From NCBI GenBank assembly GCA_963754315.1, contig CAVWFS010000008.1:288001-352000 (forward strand): a stretch of DNA of 64,000 nt, given 5' to 3'. Under the pieces are notes generated by a model. It was not told where the DNA came from. It ran no database searches and worked only from the letters and a program-made list of their open reading frames with translations. Positions 41,975 through 52,123 of the stretch are shown piece after piece. This DNA is from an uncultured Candidatus Rokubacteria bacterium. GTDB taxonomy: Bacteria; Methylomirabilota; Methylomirabilia; Rokubacteriales; CSP1-6. The position numbers and the translations under genes are program-made. Positions within the stretch are counted from its first letter, which is position 1. Every line of letters starts with the position of its first letter.

Positions 41975-44377
41975 TTGTCGTTTCTCCAGTCTCGTAGCCG
42001 CTCGGCGCCCCAGGGATTCGGCCAGCCGGTCCTGCGCCAGGAAGACACTCGCCTGCTCGTCGGGGCGGGCTGCTACAGCGACGACGTCAACGTTTCCGGC
42101 CAGACCTACGCGTGCTTCGTGCGTTCGCCGCACGCCCACGCCCGTGTCCTCCGAATCGATACAACCGCGGCGCGTGCGACCCCCGGCGTGGTGACGGTCC
42201 TCACGGGCCAGGATGCCGCCGACGACGGGGTGCAACCCATCACCCACAGCCCCGTCCCCTCAAACCCTTATGAGCACGTCATCGAGGCCCACGACGTGAT
42301 CTTCGTGGCGCCGCATCCGCCGCTGCCAGCGGACTGCGTTCGGCATGTGGGCGAGGCAGTCGCGATGGTCATTGCCGAGACCCCTGCCGCCGCGCGAGAT
42401 GGCGCCGAGCAGGTCGTCGTGGAGTGGAAGCCGCTGCCTTCGGTGACGGTCAGCACGGAGGCCGCCGGCGGTGGCGCACCCACCCTCTGGGACGAGACCA
42501 CCTCGAACGTGTGCGTGGAGTCCCACGCCGGCGACGTCGCAGCTGCGGAGACCGCGTTCACACGGGCCGCGCACATCGTGCGCCTCGACACGTGGGTGCA
42601 ACGAGTCACCGGGGTCCCGATGGAGCCGCGCGCCGCCGTCGGCACGTGGGACTCGGGGCAAGGTCGGTACACGGTTCATGCGGGTGCGGGTGGGCTTGGG
42701 AGGACGCAAACCGGGGTGGCCGGTGCCCTTGGTGTCCCGGAGAGCGCTGTCCGGGTGACGGCGCGTGAGGTTGGCGGAAACTTCGGGACGCGCAACAGTT
42801 GTTACCCGGAGTTCGCGCTGGTCGCGTGGGCGGCCCGTCGACTCGGGCGGTCCGTCAAGTGGACGGCCGACCGTCATGAGGCGTTCTTGGCCGACTATCA
42901 GGGCCGTGACCTGGTGGTGCACGCCGAGCTGGCCCTCGACGCCGAGGGGAACTTTCTCGCGCTTCGCGGGCTCAACACCAGCAACGTCGGCGCGCATGCC
43001 GTCTCGTTCCACCCGCTCAACAAGGGCATGGCTCTCACGGGCACGGTCTATAAGGTTCCTGCTGTGTCGCTACGCGGACGCGCAGTCCTCACGACGACCA
43101 CGCCGACCACACCCTACCGCAGTGCCGGGCGTCCCGAGGTCATGTTCGTCATGGAGCGGCTCATCGACCTCGCCGCGCGCCGCCACGGCTTCGATCGCCT
43201 CGAGCTCAGACGCAAGAACCTCGTGCCTCCCAGCGCAATGCCCTATCGAAACGCAGTCGGGGTGGTCTACGACAGCGGTGCGTACCAGGCTGCCCTGGAG
43301 CGGGCGGTGGTGCTGGCCGACTGGGTCGGGTTCGAGGCTCGCCGCTCCGAGGCGCGGCAGCGCGGCCGCTACCGGGGAATCGGGATCGCCAACTACATCG
43401 AGCTCAACACCGGCTTCCCGCGCGAGCGGGCCCACATCACGGTTCGGCCGGAGGGCTCGGTCGAGCTGGTGCTGGGCACGCTCTCGTCAGGCCAGGGCCA
43501 CGCCACGAGCTTCGCGCAGCTCCTGGTGGAGTGGCTCGGGGTCGAGCTCGGCTCGGTGCGGCTGGTCACCGGCGATACCGACGTCACCATCGTCGGCGGG
43601 GGCGCTCATTCCGCGCGGGCGCTGCGCTTGGCCGCGGTCGTGATGGCGAAGGCAGCGGACCACATCGTTGACAAGGGGAAGCGGATCGCGGCCTGGCTCC
43701 TGGAAGCGGCCGAGGCCGATATCGAATTCTCTGCGCGCCGGTTCAACGTGAAGGGCACAGATCGCTCGGTCGATCTCTTCGAGGTGGCCGCTGCCGCCCA
43801 GCGCGCGGAGGCGCCGGAGGCCTGTCGAGGCCCTCTCGACGGCACGAGCGACGAGGAGATGCCCGAGCCTTCCTTCCCCTATGGCTGTGCAGTGTGCGAG
43901 GTCGAGGTCGACCCCGAGACCGGGGTCGTCGAGCTCGTGCGCTATACCACCGTCGACGACTGCGGTCGCGCCGTCAATCCGATGATCCTCCACGGGCAGA
44001 CGCATGGTGGTATCGCCCAGGGTGTAGGGCAAGCCCTGTGGGAGTCCTGCGTGTACGACGACGTCACCGGGCAGGTCCTGTCGTCGACTCTGATGGACTA
44101 CGCGCTCCCGCGCGCCGACATGCTGCCGTCGTTCGTGACCGAGATCAGCGAAGTTCCCTCGACCGCTCATCCCCTTGGGCTACGCGGCGGTGGTGAGGGG
44201 GGGACGACGCCGGCGCTGGGGGCCGTGGTGAACGCGATCTGCGATGCGCTCGCCGAGCTGGGTGTCGAGCACATCGAGATGCCGGCGACCTCGGAACGCG
44301 TCTGGCAGGCGATTCGCTCCGCCCCCGTCAGCGGTGCACAGTCGGCGCCGCCGCGGCCTCGACCGGCGGCCGGCTGA
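41975..44377 (+). CDS. Xanthine dehydrogenase/CoxL-like Mo-binding subunit
   Basis: RSPHAHA, GGNFG, PYRSAGR, GQGH and GQTHGG..QG motifs. Confidence 0.92.
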   Translation: MSFLQSRSRSAPQGFGQPVLRQEDTRLLVGAGCYSDDVNVSGQTYACFVRSPHAHARVLRIDTTAARATPGVVTVLTGQDAADDGVQPITHSPVPSNPYEHVIEAHDVIFVAPHPPLPADCVRHVGEAVAMVIAETPAAARDGAEQVVVEWKPLPSVTVSTEAAGGGAPTLWDETTSNVCVESHAGDVAAAETAFTRAAHIVRLDTWVQRVTGVPMEPRAAVGTWDSGQGRYTVHAGAGGLGRTQTGVAGALGVPESAVRVTAREVGGNFGTRNSCYPEFALVAWAARRLGRSVKWTADRHEAFLADYQGRDLVVHAELALDAEGNFLALRGLNTSNVGAHAVSFHPLNKGMALTGTVYKVPAVSLRGRAVLTTTTPTTPYRSAGRPEVMFVMERLIDLAARRHGFDRLELRRKNLVPPSAMPYRNAVGVVYDSGAYQAALERAVVLADWVGFEARRSEARQRGRYRGIGIANYIELNTGFPRERAHITVRPEGSVELVLGTLSSGQGHATSFAQLLVEWLGVELGSVRLVTGDTDVTIVGGGAHSARALRLAAVVMAKAADHIVDKGKRIAAWLLEAAEADIEFSARRFNVKGTDRSVDLFEVAAAAQRAEAPEACRGPLDGTSDEEMPEPSFPYGCAVCEVEVDPETGVVELVRYTTVDDCGRAVNPMILHGQTHGGIAQGVGQALWESCVYDDVTGQVLSSTLMDYALPRADMLPSFVTEISEVPSTAHPLGLRGGGEGGTTPALGAVVNAICDALAELGVEHIEMPATSERVWQAIRSAPVSGAQSAPPRPRPAAG

Positions 44378-46281
44378 GTACCCGCGCGCGCCGCTCGCTC
44401 ACCACCAGGGCAAGTCCGAGTGCGAGCCCTGTGGCGTCGGCGACCCCCGGCGCCAGCCAGGCGAGAGGCGGCATCATCAGGAGCGCGGCTGCCGCCCAGG
44501 CCCAGATCCGTCTCGCCCATGACAGCGGCCGGAAGAGGTAGCCTGCGCAGCCAATGCCGAGCAGCACCACGCCGATCGACGCCGTGAGCATCGTGGCCAG
44601 GATCTCCCCGAGCGTACCGCGACCGATCAGGGCGGGATGGAACACGAAGATGAATGGCACGACGTAGGCCACCACGCCGAGACGCATCCCGGCCCAACCC
44701 GTCTTCCAGAAGTCGGCCTTGGCGATGGCGGCGGCCGCATAGGTGGCCAGGCAGTCGGGCGGCGTGATCAGCGAGAGCATGCCGAAGTAGAACAGGAACA
44801 GATGCGCGGCCAGCGGCACGATACCGAGCTGCGTGAGCGCGGGGCCGATCAGCACGGCCAGGGTGATGTACACCACCGTGGTGGGCAGCGACATGCCGAG
44901 CAGGATGGAGACGACCGCGGTGAGAATGAGCAGGATGACAACATTGCCCCCCGCCGCGCTCGTGAGGACGATCGGCAACTTGGACGTCAGCCCGGAGAGC
45001 TGAAACGCTCCGATGACGATGCCGGCCAGGGTCGTGATGGCGATGAGGTCGAGCATCGTCCGCCCGGTGCCCTCAATGGCGTCCATGACACCGCGCCAGC
45101 TCGGACGCGTCGACTTCTGCAGGCAGCCCACCAGCAAGGTCACGCCGACCGCGAGCATCCCCGCCTTCCCGGCCTCCCAGCTGCCGATCATGAGCGTATA
45201 GAGCAGCACACCGAGCGGGACGAGAAACACCCAGCCACCGCGCATGACGTCGCGCAGCCTCGGGAGCTCGGCGCGCGGGAGACCGGTGAGCCCGAGCTTG
45301 GCCGCTTCGAGATCGATCTGGACGAACAGGGCCAGGTAGTAGAGGACGGCGGGCAGCGCGGCGGCGAGGGCGACCTGGCCATAGGGGATCGACAGGTACT
45401 CCGCGATGAGGAAGGCCGCCGCGCCCATGACCGGGGGCATGATCTGACCGCCGTTCGACGACACCGCCTCGATGGCGGCTGCCAGATGGGGCGGGTAGCC
45501 GGAGCGTTTCATCATCGGGATGGTGACGGCACCGTCGACGACGACGTTGGCGACCGCGCTGCCCGACACGGTGCCGTAGAGGCTCGACGACACGACGGCC
45601 ATCTTGGCGGACCCGCCACGGTAGCGGCCCATCAAGGCCATGGCAAACCCAGTGAGGAAGGTGTCGCCGCGTACGGCGGTCAGCGCCTGGCCGAAGAAGA
45701 TATAGGCGACGACGATGCTGGCAGTGACGGCGAGCGGGATCCCGAGCACACCGCTCGAGTCGAGGTAGAGGTAGACGGCGATCCGCCCCCAGCTCGAGCC
45801 CTTCGCATAGAGCAGGCCAGGCATGAGCCAGCCGAACCTCGCGTAGAGGATGCAGGCCAGTGCGATCCACATGAGGGCCCAGCCCGCGATCCGGCGGGTG
45901 GCCTCGAGAATCAGGACAATCGCGACCACGGCCGGCAGGAGCCGATCCCAGGTCAGGCTGGCCAACGAGTACGACAGCGCCGGATAGAGGACAGCGATGT
46001 AGAGTCCCACGCCGAGTCCGGCTGCTGCCGCCGTCCAGTCGTACCAAGGCACCCGATCGTGTGGGGCCCCCGGATGCGCCTTGACCACGATGAAGACGCC
46101 GGCGAGACCCAGCCCCAGAAAGAGCCCGAGGTACTGCTCGTTGAACAGCGCCACCGGCAGGTGGTGCTGGAATCCCAAGCGCCCAGAATGTACCGACCAC
46201 GGTGACGGCCACGAGAACCATGCGCTCGACGACGCGCGCGGTCCCGTCGAGGCTGCGGAACTTGGGGAGGACTTCGGTCAT
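44328..46281 (-). CDS. TRAP transporter fused 4TM/12TM permease (frameshift near 46180)
   Basis: GTVSGSAVANV, GGQIMPPVMGAAAF and LGMSLPT motifs. Confidence 0.9.
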
Positions 46282-46312
46282 CGCCGACTCGCCGCGCTCG
46301 CGGCCGGCGTTG

Positions 46313-47371
46313 CTACGGATTCAGCGCGAGCAGCTTCTGCTGGACCGCGTCCATCCCCGGCTTCCAGACGTTGCGCTCCTTGTAGAAGCGAATCGCGCCG
46401 GGGTGGTAGGGGATGGTGACGTCGGGGTCCACCGCGCGGTCGTGCGTCCACTCCTTGAACATCGGATGGATCGGCGCCAGCTGATCGCCACCCTCCCACA
46501 CCGCCTTCAACGCCGCCTCCACCACCTGATCGGGTACGCCCTTGCCGGCAAAAAAGTAGGTGTCGTAGGCGATGACGCAGGTGTCCTCGCTGATTCCCGT
46601 GACGGCGCCGGGTTTCACCACGCGCGGGTAGTAGCCAGGCACGGCCTTCTTCAGACGGGCCTCGCCGGCCGGGGAGCAATCGTCCGAGATATGACGCACG
46701 CCGACGGCGGCGTCGGCCTCCTTGACCTTGGCCGAGTTGAGGGCATGCTGGGTGACGTCGGCGCGGCCCTGGACGAGCGCGTCCACGCCGTCGTTGACGG
46801 TGTTGACGGGAACGACCTTGACGTCATTCCAGGTCAATCCCGCGCTCGAGAGGTGGCCGAACATGTTGTACCAGACGGCGAGATGGGCCCGATACTCGCC
46901 GGTGAAGCGCTTGCCCTTGACGTCGTGGACGTTCTTGATGGGGGAGTCTTTCCGTACGAGGAGACCGACCATCAGCGGCGCCCCGCGCATCACCAGCCGC
47001 ACGTTTGCCGTATGCGGGAACGGGTTGCGGCCCCCGATCTGCTGGGAAGGCCCGCGATAGGCCAGCCAGAGATCCACCGCGTTCTGAATCCCGAACTCCA
47101 GCTCGCCGGTATTGATGAGAGGCAACATGGTGCTCGTGCCCGCGTGCGGCTGGACGACCATCTGATACCCGGCCCCACCGCTCACGACCTTGGCAATGCC
47201 GCTGGCCAGCGCGAAGAACACGGTGCCGGCTGGATTAGTCCCGATGGTGACCGACTTTGGCGTCTGGCCCTGAGCGAATGCGCGAGCGGCGAGCGCTCCG
47301 GCGGTCATGGCGAGCACGAGGGCCAAGGCAAGGACCGGGCGACGGTGGGCAAGGAAACGGAGGGTCGACAT
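46313..47371 (-). CDS. TAXI family TRAP solute-binding protein
   Basis: Signal peptide; IGTNPAGT and PYHPGAIRFYKE motifs. Confidence 0.9.
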   Translation of the reverse strand: MSTLRFLAHRRPVLALALVLAMTAGALAARAFAQGQTPKSVTIGTNPAGTVFFALASGIAKVVSGGAGYQMVVQPHAGTSTMLPLINTGELEFGIQNAVDLWLAYRGPSQQIGGRNPFPHTANVRLVMRGAPLMVGLLVRKDSPIKNVHDVKGKRFTGEYRAHLAVWYNMFGHLSSAGLTWNDVKVVPVNTVNDGVDALVQGRADVTQHALNSAKVKEADAAVGVRHISDDCSPAGEARLKKAVPGYYPRVVKPGAVTGISEDTCVIAYDTYFFAGKGVPDQVVEAALKAVWEGGDQLAPIHPMFKEWTHDRAVDPDVTIPYHPGAIRFYKERNVWKPGMDAVQQKLLALNP

Positions 47372-47469
47372 CGTTCTTGTTCTCCTCAGGGCGTGGCGGA
47401 TGCGATCTTATAGCATGGCCACGCCGGGCGGTCGAGGACACGCGGCGAACCTGGACACACGGGAAGATC

Positions 47470-48219
47470 GTGGCTGACGCGGCGATTCGACTCGACGCGC
47501 CGGCCGCGTGGCGTGGATCGAGTCTGCTCGTCACCAGTCTCTTCGGCGAGTGCGGCCGCGACGATCCGCTCACGGGATTCTATGTTCACGAGGTCCGCCA
47601 TCTGCGCACCCTGCGCCTGGAGATCAACGGCGAGCGCCCGTGGATGTGCGAGTGCTCGCGCGTACGTCCGACCGAGCTCGCGTTCGTCTTCGTCTACCCG
47701 GAGCTGGTCCGCTTTGGCGGGGGCGGCAGCGGCGTCGCCACCGATGAGTTCACCTCTGATGCACGCGGACTGCCGTACCGGAGCATTGATGCCCGACTGA
47801 CGTACCGGGTGGAGCTGGACTGTCTGCAGGCCCAGGTGGTGCTGACCAATCGATCTCTCGCGCCCATCGCTTTCGAGGCCGGCTGGGCATACCCGCGCGC
47901 CAACACGCCTCAGACGTGGAATGCCAGCGCCCTGCCGCTGTGCTTGCAGGCGATGCTCGGCCTGGTCCCGTATGCCGCCTACAATCTTCTGGTCGTCGAC
48001 CCCGTGCTGCCCGCGTGGCTTCCCGCAGTCGAGTTGAGAAACCTAAAGGTTGGAACGACGACGGCGGCTCTGCGCTTCGAGCGCGAGGGTGTTGGGAGCG
48101 CCACGGTGCGGGTGCTCGAGCGTGACGGCGCCCTGCACGTCATCCGGCAGCCCCCTCTCGAAGCGCTGAACGTCGGACTCGGGCGGCGCCTGCGGGCGCT
48201 GCTCTCCAGTACCGTCTAG
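47470..48219 (+). CDS. Internally deleted glycogen-debranching (amylo-alpha-1,6-glucosidase-like) gene
   Basis: N-terminal-domain-like GFY..E.RHL..LRL joined in frame to C-terminal AYPRAN.PQ.WNA...LG...DP.LP.WL. Confidence 0.6.
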   Translation: MADAAIRLDAPAAWRGSSLLVTSLFGECGRDDPLTGFYVHEVRHLRTLRLEINGERPWMCECSRVRPTELAFVFVYPELVRFGGGGSGVATDEFTSDARGLPYRSIDARLTYRVELDCLQAQVVLTNRSLAPIAFEAGWAYPRANTPQTWNASALPLCLQAMLGLVPYAAYNLLVVDPVLPAWLPAVELRNLKVGTTTAALRFEREGVGSATVRVLERDGALHVIRQPPLEALNVGLGRRLRALLSSTV

Positions 48220-48240
48220 AGAATCCGCCGACACGCGGCG

Positions 48241-49587
48241 CTAGCCGAGGAATAGCTCGCAGGTGTCGAGCCAGGCCTGGGTCGTGAGCGCCAGCGATGC
48301 CACGTCGACACGCTCGTCGTTGCCGTGGAAGCGCCCGGCCATTGCCTCGGCCGTCAACGTTCGCGAGAAGAGCCCGAAACCGTAGGCAATGGCGCCGTGC
48401 TCGCGGAAGTACGGCGCGTCGGTGAACCCGACGATCAGCCGCGGCAGCAGACGCGCCCCGGGGTAGTGAGCGTCGACCACGCGTCCCAGCACGTCCCAGA
48501 GCGGAGTCCCGGTCGGCGACACCGACGCCGGCTTGGAGAAGAGCTTCTCCACGGCGACGTCGTCCGTCAGGTCCCCGAGGGCCTTGTCGAGGTGACGGCG
48601 CACCTCATCCTCGCTGTCCCCGGGGATGGTGCGGATGTCCACCTCGATGTCCACCACGTCCGGGATGACGTTGGTCTTCACCCCACCGCGGCACATGTTG
48701 GGGGAGAACGTGGTGTGGGTGGCGGACCACGCGAACTTGGCGAGGCCCGCCGGGAGCTGAGCGATCGACTCGTCGACGCGGGAGGGATCGATCAGGGCGG
48801 CCTTCACGACTGAATCGACGTCGAGCGAGCCGACGAAGGCACGCCACAGATCATCCACGTACGGTGCCGGGCGGTACTCCGCCAGGCGGCTGACGACGTG
48901 GGCGGCTTTGACCAGCGCGTTGTCGGCGCCATACGGCATGGAGCCGTGTCCCGGCGTGCCCTTGACCCGCAGGCGGCGCCAGGCCACGCCCTTCTCGCCG
49001 ACATGGACGGTGACGTTCAGCTCATCACCCTGCTGGCTGACGATGCCGCCATTCTCGGTCAGCAGATAGTCCGCCCGGAGCGAATCCCAGTGTCGCTTGC
49101 AGACGTGACCGGCGCCGAGGGCTCCGCCGGCTTCCTCGTCGGCGCAGGCCAGGTAGACGAGCGTTCCCCGTGGCCGCCACCCACCCGGCCGCCTCGTGAG
49201 CGCCTTGAGGGCGACCGCCTGAGAGGCGGTGAGGTTCAGCATGTCGAGCGCTCCACGCCCCCACACCTCGCCGTTCACCAGTTCGCCTCCGAACGGATCG
49301 CGCGTCCAGTGCTCGAGGGTCACGGGCACGACGTCGGTGTGGCCCATCAGGCAGAGGGTGGGGGCTGCGGGATCGGTTCCCTCGATGCGGGCGACGAGGC
49401 TTGTGCGGCCCGGCGCGCCGTCGGGCTCGTACACCTCGATGTCGAGACCGCTGCCCTCCAGGTAGGCGCGCAGCACGTCGCTCGTTCGCACTTCCTGGCC
49501 GGAGCCCACCGTGCCGTCGTTCACGCACTGGTTTCTGATCAGCTGTTGCAACAGCTCCACGGTCTCCCCGGTCAGCGCGTCGTTCAT
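48241..49587 (-). CDS. M20/M25/M40 family metallopeptidase
   Basis: GHTDVVP, GRGALDM, ADEEAGG and FHGNDE motifs. Confidence 0.92.
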   Translation of the reverse strand: MNDALTGETVELLQQLIRNQCVNDGTVGSGQEVRTSDVLRAYLEGSGLDIEVYEPDGAPGRTSLVARIEGTDPAAPTLCLMGHTDVVPVTLEHWTRDPFGGELVNGEVWGRGALDMLNLTASQAVALKALTRRPGGWRPRGTLVYLACADEEAGGALGAGHVCKRHWDSLRADYLLTENGGIVSQQGDELNVTVHVGEKGVAWRRLRVKGTPGHGSMPYGADNALVKAAHVVSRLAEYRPAPYVDDLWRAFVGSLDVDSVVKAALIDPSRVDESIAQLPAGLAKFAWSATHTTFSPNMCRGGVKTNVIPDVVDIEVDIRTIPGDSEDEVRRHLDKALGDLTDDVAVEKLFSKPASVSPTGTPLWDVLGRVVDAHYPGARLLPRLIVGFTDAPYFREHGAIAYGFGLFSRTLTAEAMAGRFHGNDERVDVASLALTTQAWLDTCELFLG

Positions 49588-49772
49588 GGCGTGTGACGGG
49601 TCAGGAAATCGTGACGAGGCGGATCGACTCGGCCAGGTGCGTGGGGCCGCGCCAGTCCTTCTCGATGTCGGCATCAGGAGGGTGAAAACCGGCATGACCT
49701 TCCTCCCGCGTTGAGTCGTGCTGCGCCACAATACCAGGCCTGTGGTAGGTTGTCGCCAGGAGAGCAACCGGC

Positions 49773-51108
49773 ATGTGTGCTGCGCGGCGTGAGATGCATT
49801 TCGGCGTGTTCGTCCTTGGCACCGGCAACCACTCCGCCGGCTGGCGATATGAGGGGGCCGCGACCAGCAACAATGACCTTTCGGTCATCCAGGAGATCGC
49901 CCGTCAGGCCGAGCGCGGCAAGTTCGACCTCCTGTTCGTCTCTGACGGACTGGTCATGGATCCCGGAGATCACCCATCGTTTCTGTGCCGCTTCGAGCCG
50001 ACGACGCTCATCTCGGCGCTGACTGCCGCCACCCAGCGCATTGGCCTGGGCGCCACCGTCTCGACGAGCTTCGGCGAGCCCTATCACGTGGCCCGGACCT
50101 TCGCCTCGATTGACCACTTGAGCAAGGGCCGCGCCGCCTGGAACGTCGTGACCAGCTCGGCCAGCAAGGCCGCGCTGAACTTCAGCCGCGAAGAGCACAT
50201 GGAGCACGACCTCCGCTACGAGGTCGCCCAGGAGTTCGTCGACGTCGTGAAGGGGCTGTGGGACTGCTGGGAAGACGGTGCCATCGTCGCAGACAAAGCC
50301 AGCGGGACTTTCCTCGACCCCGCGAGAGTCCGTCCGCTGAACCACAAAGGGCGATTCTTCCAGGTGAAGGGCCCGATCAACATGGCCCGCAGTCCTCAGG
50401 GTCATCCGGTGATCATCCAGGCCGGAGGATCGGAGGCCGGGCTCGAGCTGGCCGCGCGGACGGCCGACGTCGTCTTCTCTGTCGTGCAAGAGCTCTCGAG
50501 CGCCAAGGTCGGCCTATCGCGACCTGAAGGCGCGCATGGCCAAGTATGGTCGCCGTCCCCATCAGATCACCGTCCTGCCCGGGGTGATGCCGATCATCGG
50601 GAGCACCGAGGCCGAGGCCCGGGACAAGCTCTCGTTACTCCAGAGCTGGCTCACGCCCACCAACGCTCTGACCCTCGTGACCAGCCGCATCGGATACGAC
50701 GTGACCGGTTTTCCTCTCGACGGGCCGGTACCGGCCCCCCCGCCGGGCGAGGGAAGCCACGCCTTCTCGCGGGTGCTCTACGAGACCGCGCGGCGCGAGA
50801 ACATGACCCTGCGCGATCTCTACAACCTGACCGCCGCCGCCCGTGGCCACTGGGTCCTCTGCGGTACTCCCAAGCGCATCGCCGACACTCTCGAGGAATG
50901 GTTCGTCGAGGAAGCCGCCGACGGTTTCAATGTCCTGCCACCCTACTTCCCCGGTGCCCTGGCTGACTTCGTCGACCTCGTCGTGCCGGAGCTCCAGGCC
51001 CGCGGGTTGTTCCGACGGGAGTACGAGGGAACGACCTTGCGCGACCATTTCGGGCTCGCGCGGGTGCGGCGCTCAGAGCCGTCGGCTGAAGACCCGAAAG
51101 CTCCCTGA
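49773..51108 (+). CDS. NtaA/DmoA/SoxA-type LLM FMN-dependent monooxygenase (frameshift near 50510)
   Basis: AERGKFD, FEPTTL, GRAAWNVVTS, IQAGGS and LQARGLFRREYEGTTLR motifs. Confidence 0.9.
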
Positions 51109-51112
51109 TTGC

Positions 51113-51694
51113 ATGGCGAACCCGCGCGGACTGCTTCCAAAGGCGCGTCGGGAGGAACTGGCCGACAACCTCCGTCGTCGGCTCGAGCGCTGGTACCGGG
51201 ACGCCTACGAGGACGACAACCTCTTCCTGACCCTCGCGCAGCGGCCCGACCTGCTCGAGGCAACCATGGGGTTCGTGCGCTACGCGTACGGCGGCGCCTC
51301 GAGCGTCGAGCCCGAGCTGTTCGAGCTCGTCCGCGTGCACCTCGCGTGGAAGAACCGCTGCGTCCACTGAAGCCTTGCACGCTCCGCCTCGGCCGTGCGC
51401 CGGGGAGCAACGGAAGATCTCGTGGCAAAGCTCGCCGACTACGAGCGATCGGACCTGCCTGAGCGCACCAAGGCCGCGCTGCGCTTGGCAGACCGTCTGA
51501 CCACGGAGCAGCCGCGGATCGACGCGGAGTTCCACGGCGAGTTGAAGCGCGTCTTCTCCGATGGAGAGCTCCTCGACCTCGGGATGACGATCGTGTTCTT
51601 CAGCGGCTGGCAGCGGTTCAACGAGGCCTTCGGGATCCTTCCTGATCGCTGGACCGAGAGCGACCCGCTGCCCTTCGGACCCCTCCAGACGTGA
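51113..51694 (+). CDS. AhpD/carboxymuconolactone decarboxylase-like protein, predicted selenoprotein (CVHU; TGA at 51368-51370)
   Basis: ELFELVRVHLAWKNRC-V-H-TGA continues in frame as SLARSASAVRRGATEDL..DYERSDLPERTKAALRLAD...F.DGELLDLG..RFNEAF; SECIS-like hairpin downstream. Confidence 0.8.
51381..51408 (+). promoter_or_regulatory. Putative bacterial SECIS element
   Basis: Stem CCUCGGC/GCCGGGG (51387-51393/51399-51405) with loop CGUGC (G at position 2), starting 23 nt after the UGA; lower GCU/AGC pairing. Confidence 0.6.
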
Positions 51695-51795
51695 GCCGAG
51701 ACGAACAGCAGATCACTCATCGACGACACGCATGCACCACTGCCCTATAACTCTGTGAAATCACATTTGAAAAGCAAAACACGCGGAAGAGGGTG

Positions 51796-51827
51796 CTACA
51801 GGTCCGACTACAGGTTGCGCTACAGGT
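51796..51827 (+). repeat. Three direct repeats of CTACAGGT with 12-nt period
   Basis: Copies start at 51796, 51808 and 51820, within an AT-rich intergenic patch. Confidence 0.75.
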
Positions 51828-52123
51828 TCACCAGATAAGTACCTGCTGAATAAGGCGAAATTGGCCCCTCAAGAATAGAGAAGTAAGAAGTACTACTAAC
51901 TACTACCACTTCGTGTCCGCTCCGCGGACGAAACTCATAACAGAGAGTCTCTTCGTGGGAGGGCGCCCTCCGCTAGACGGCTCTTCTCAGTTGATCCTGG
52001 TTCCCTGGAGGCGACTTTTTGCCTCGCCCCATGCCACGGGGTCGGGTTCGCCGAAAATCGACGCCCTGACGCCGATTCTGGGTCGAGCGTCTCGCTGCAA
52101 GCAAGGTCCGTATAATCGCCGCC

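Noticed and set aside
51796..51827. CRISPR array
   Set aside because: Repeats are 8 nt with 4-nt spacers, and no cas genes are present.
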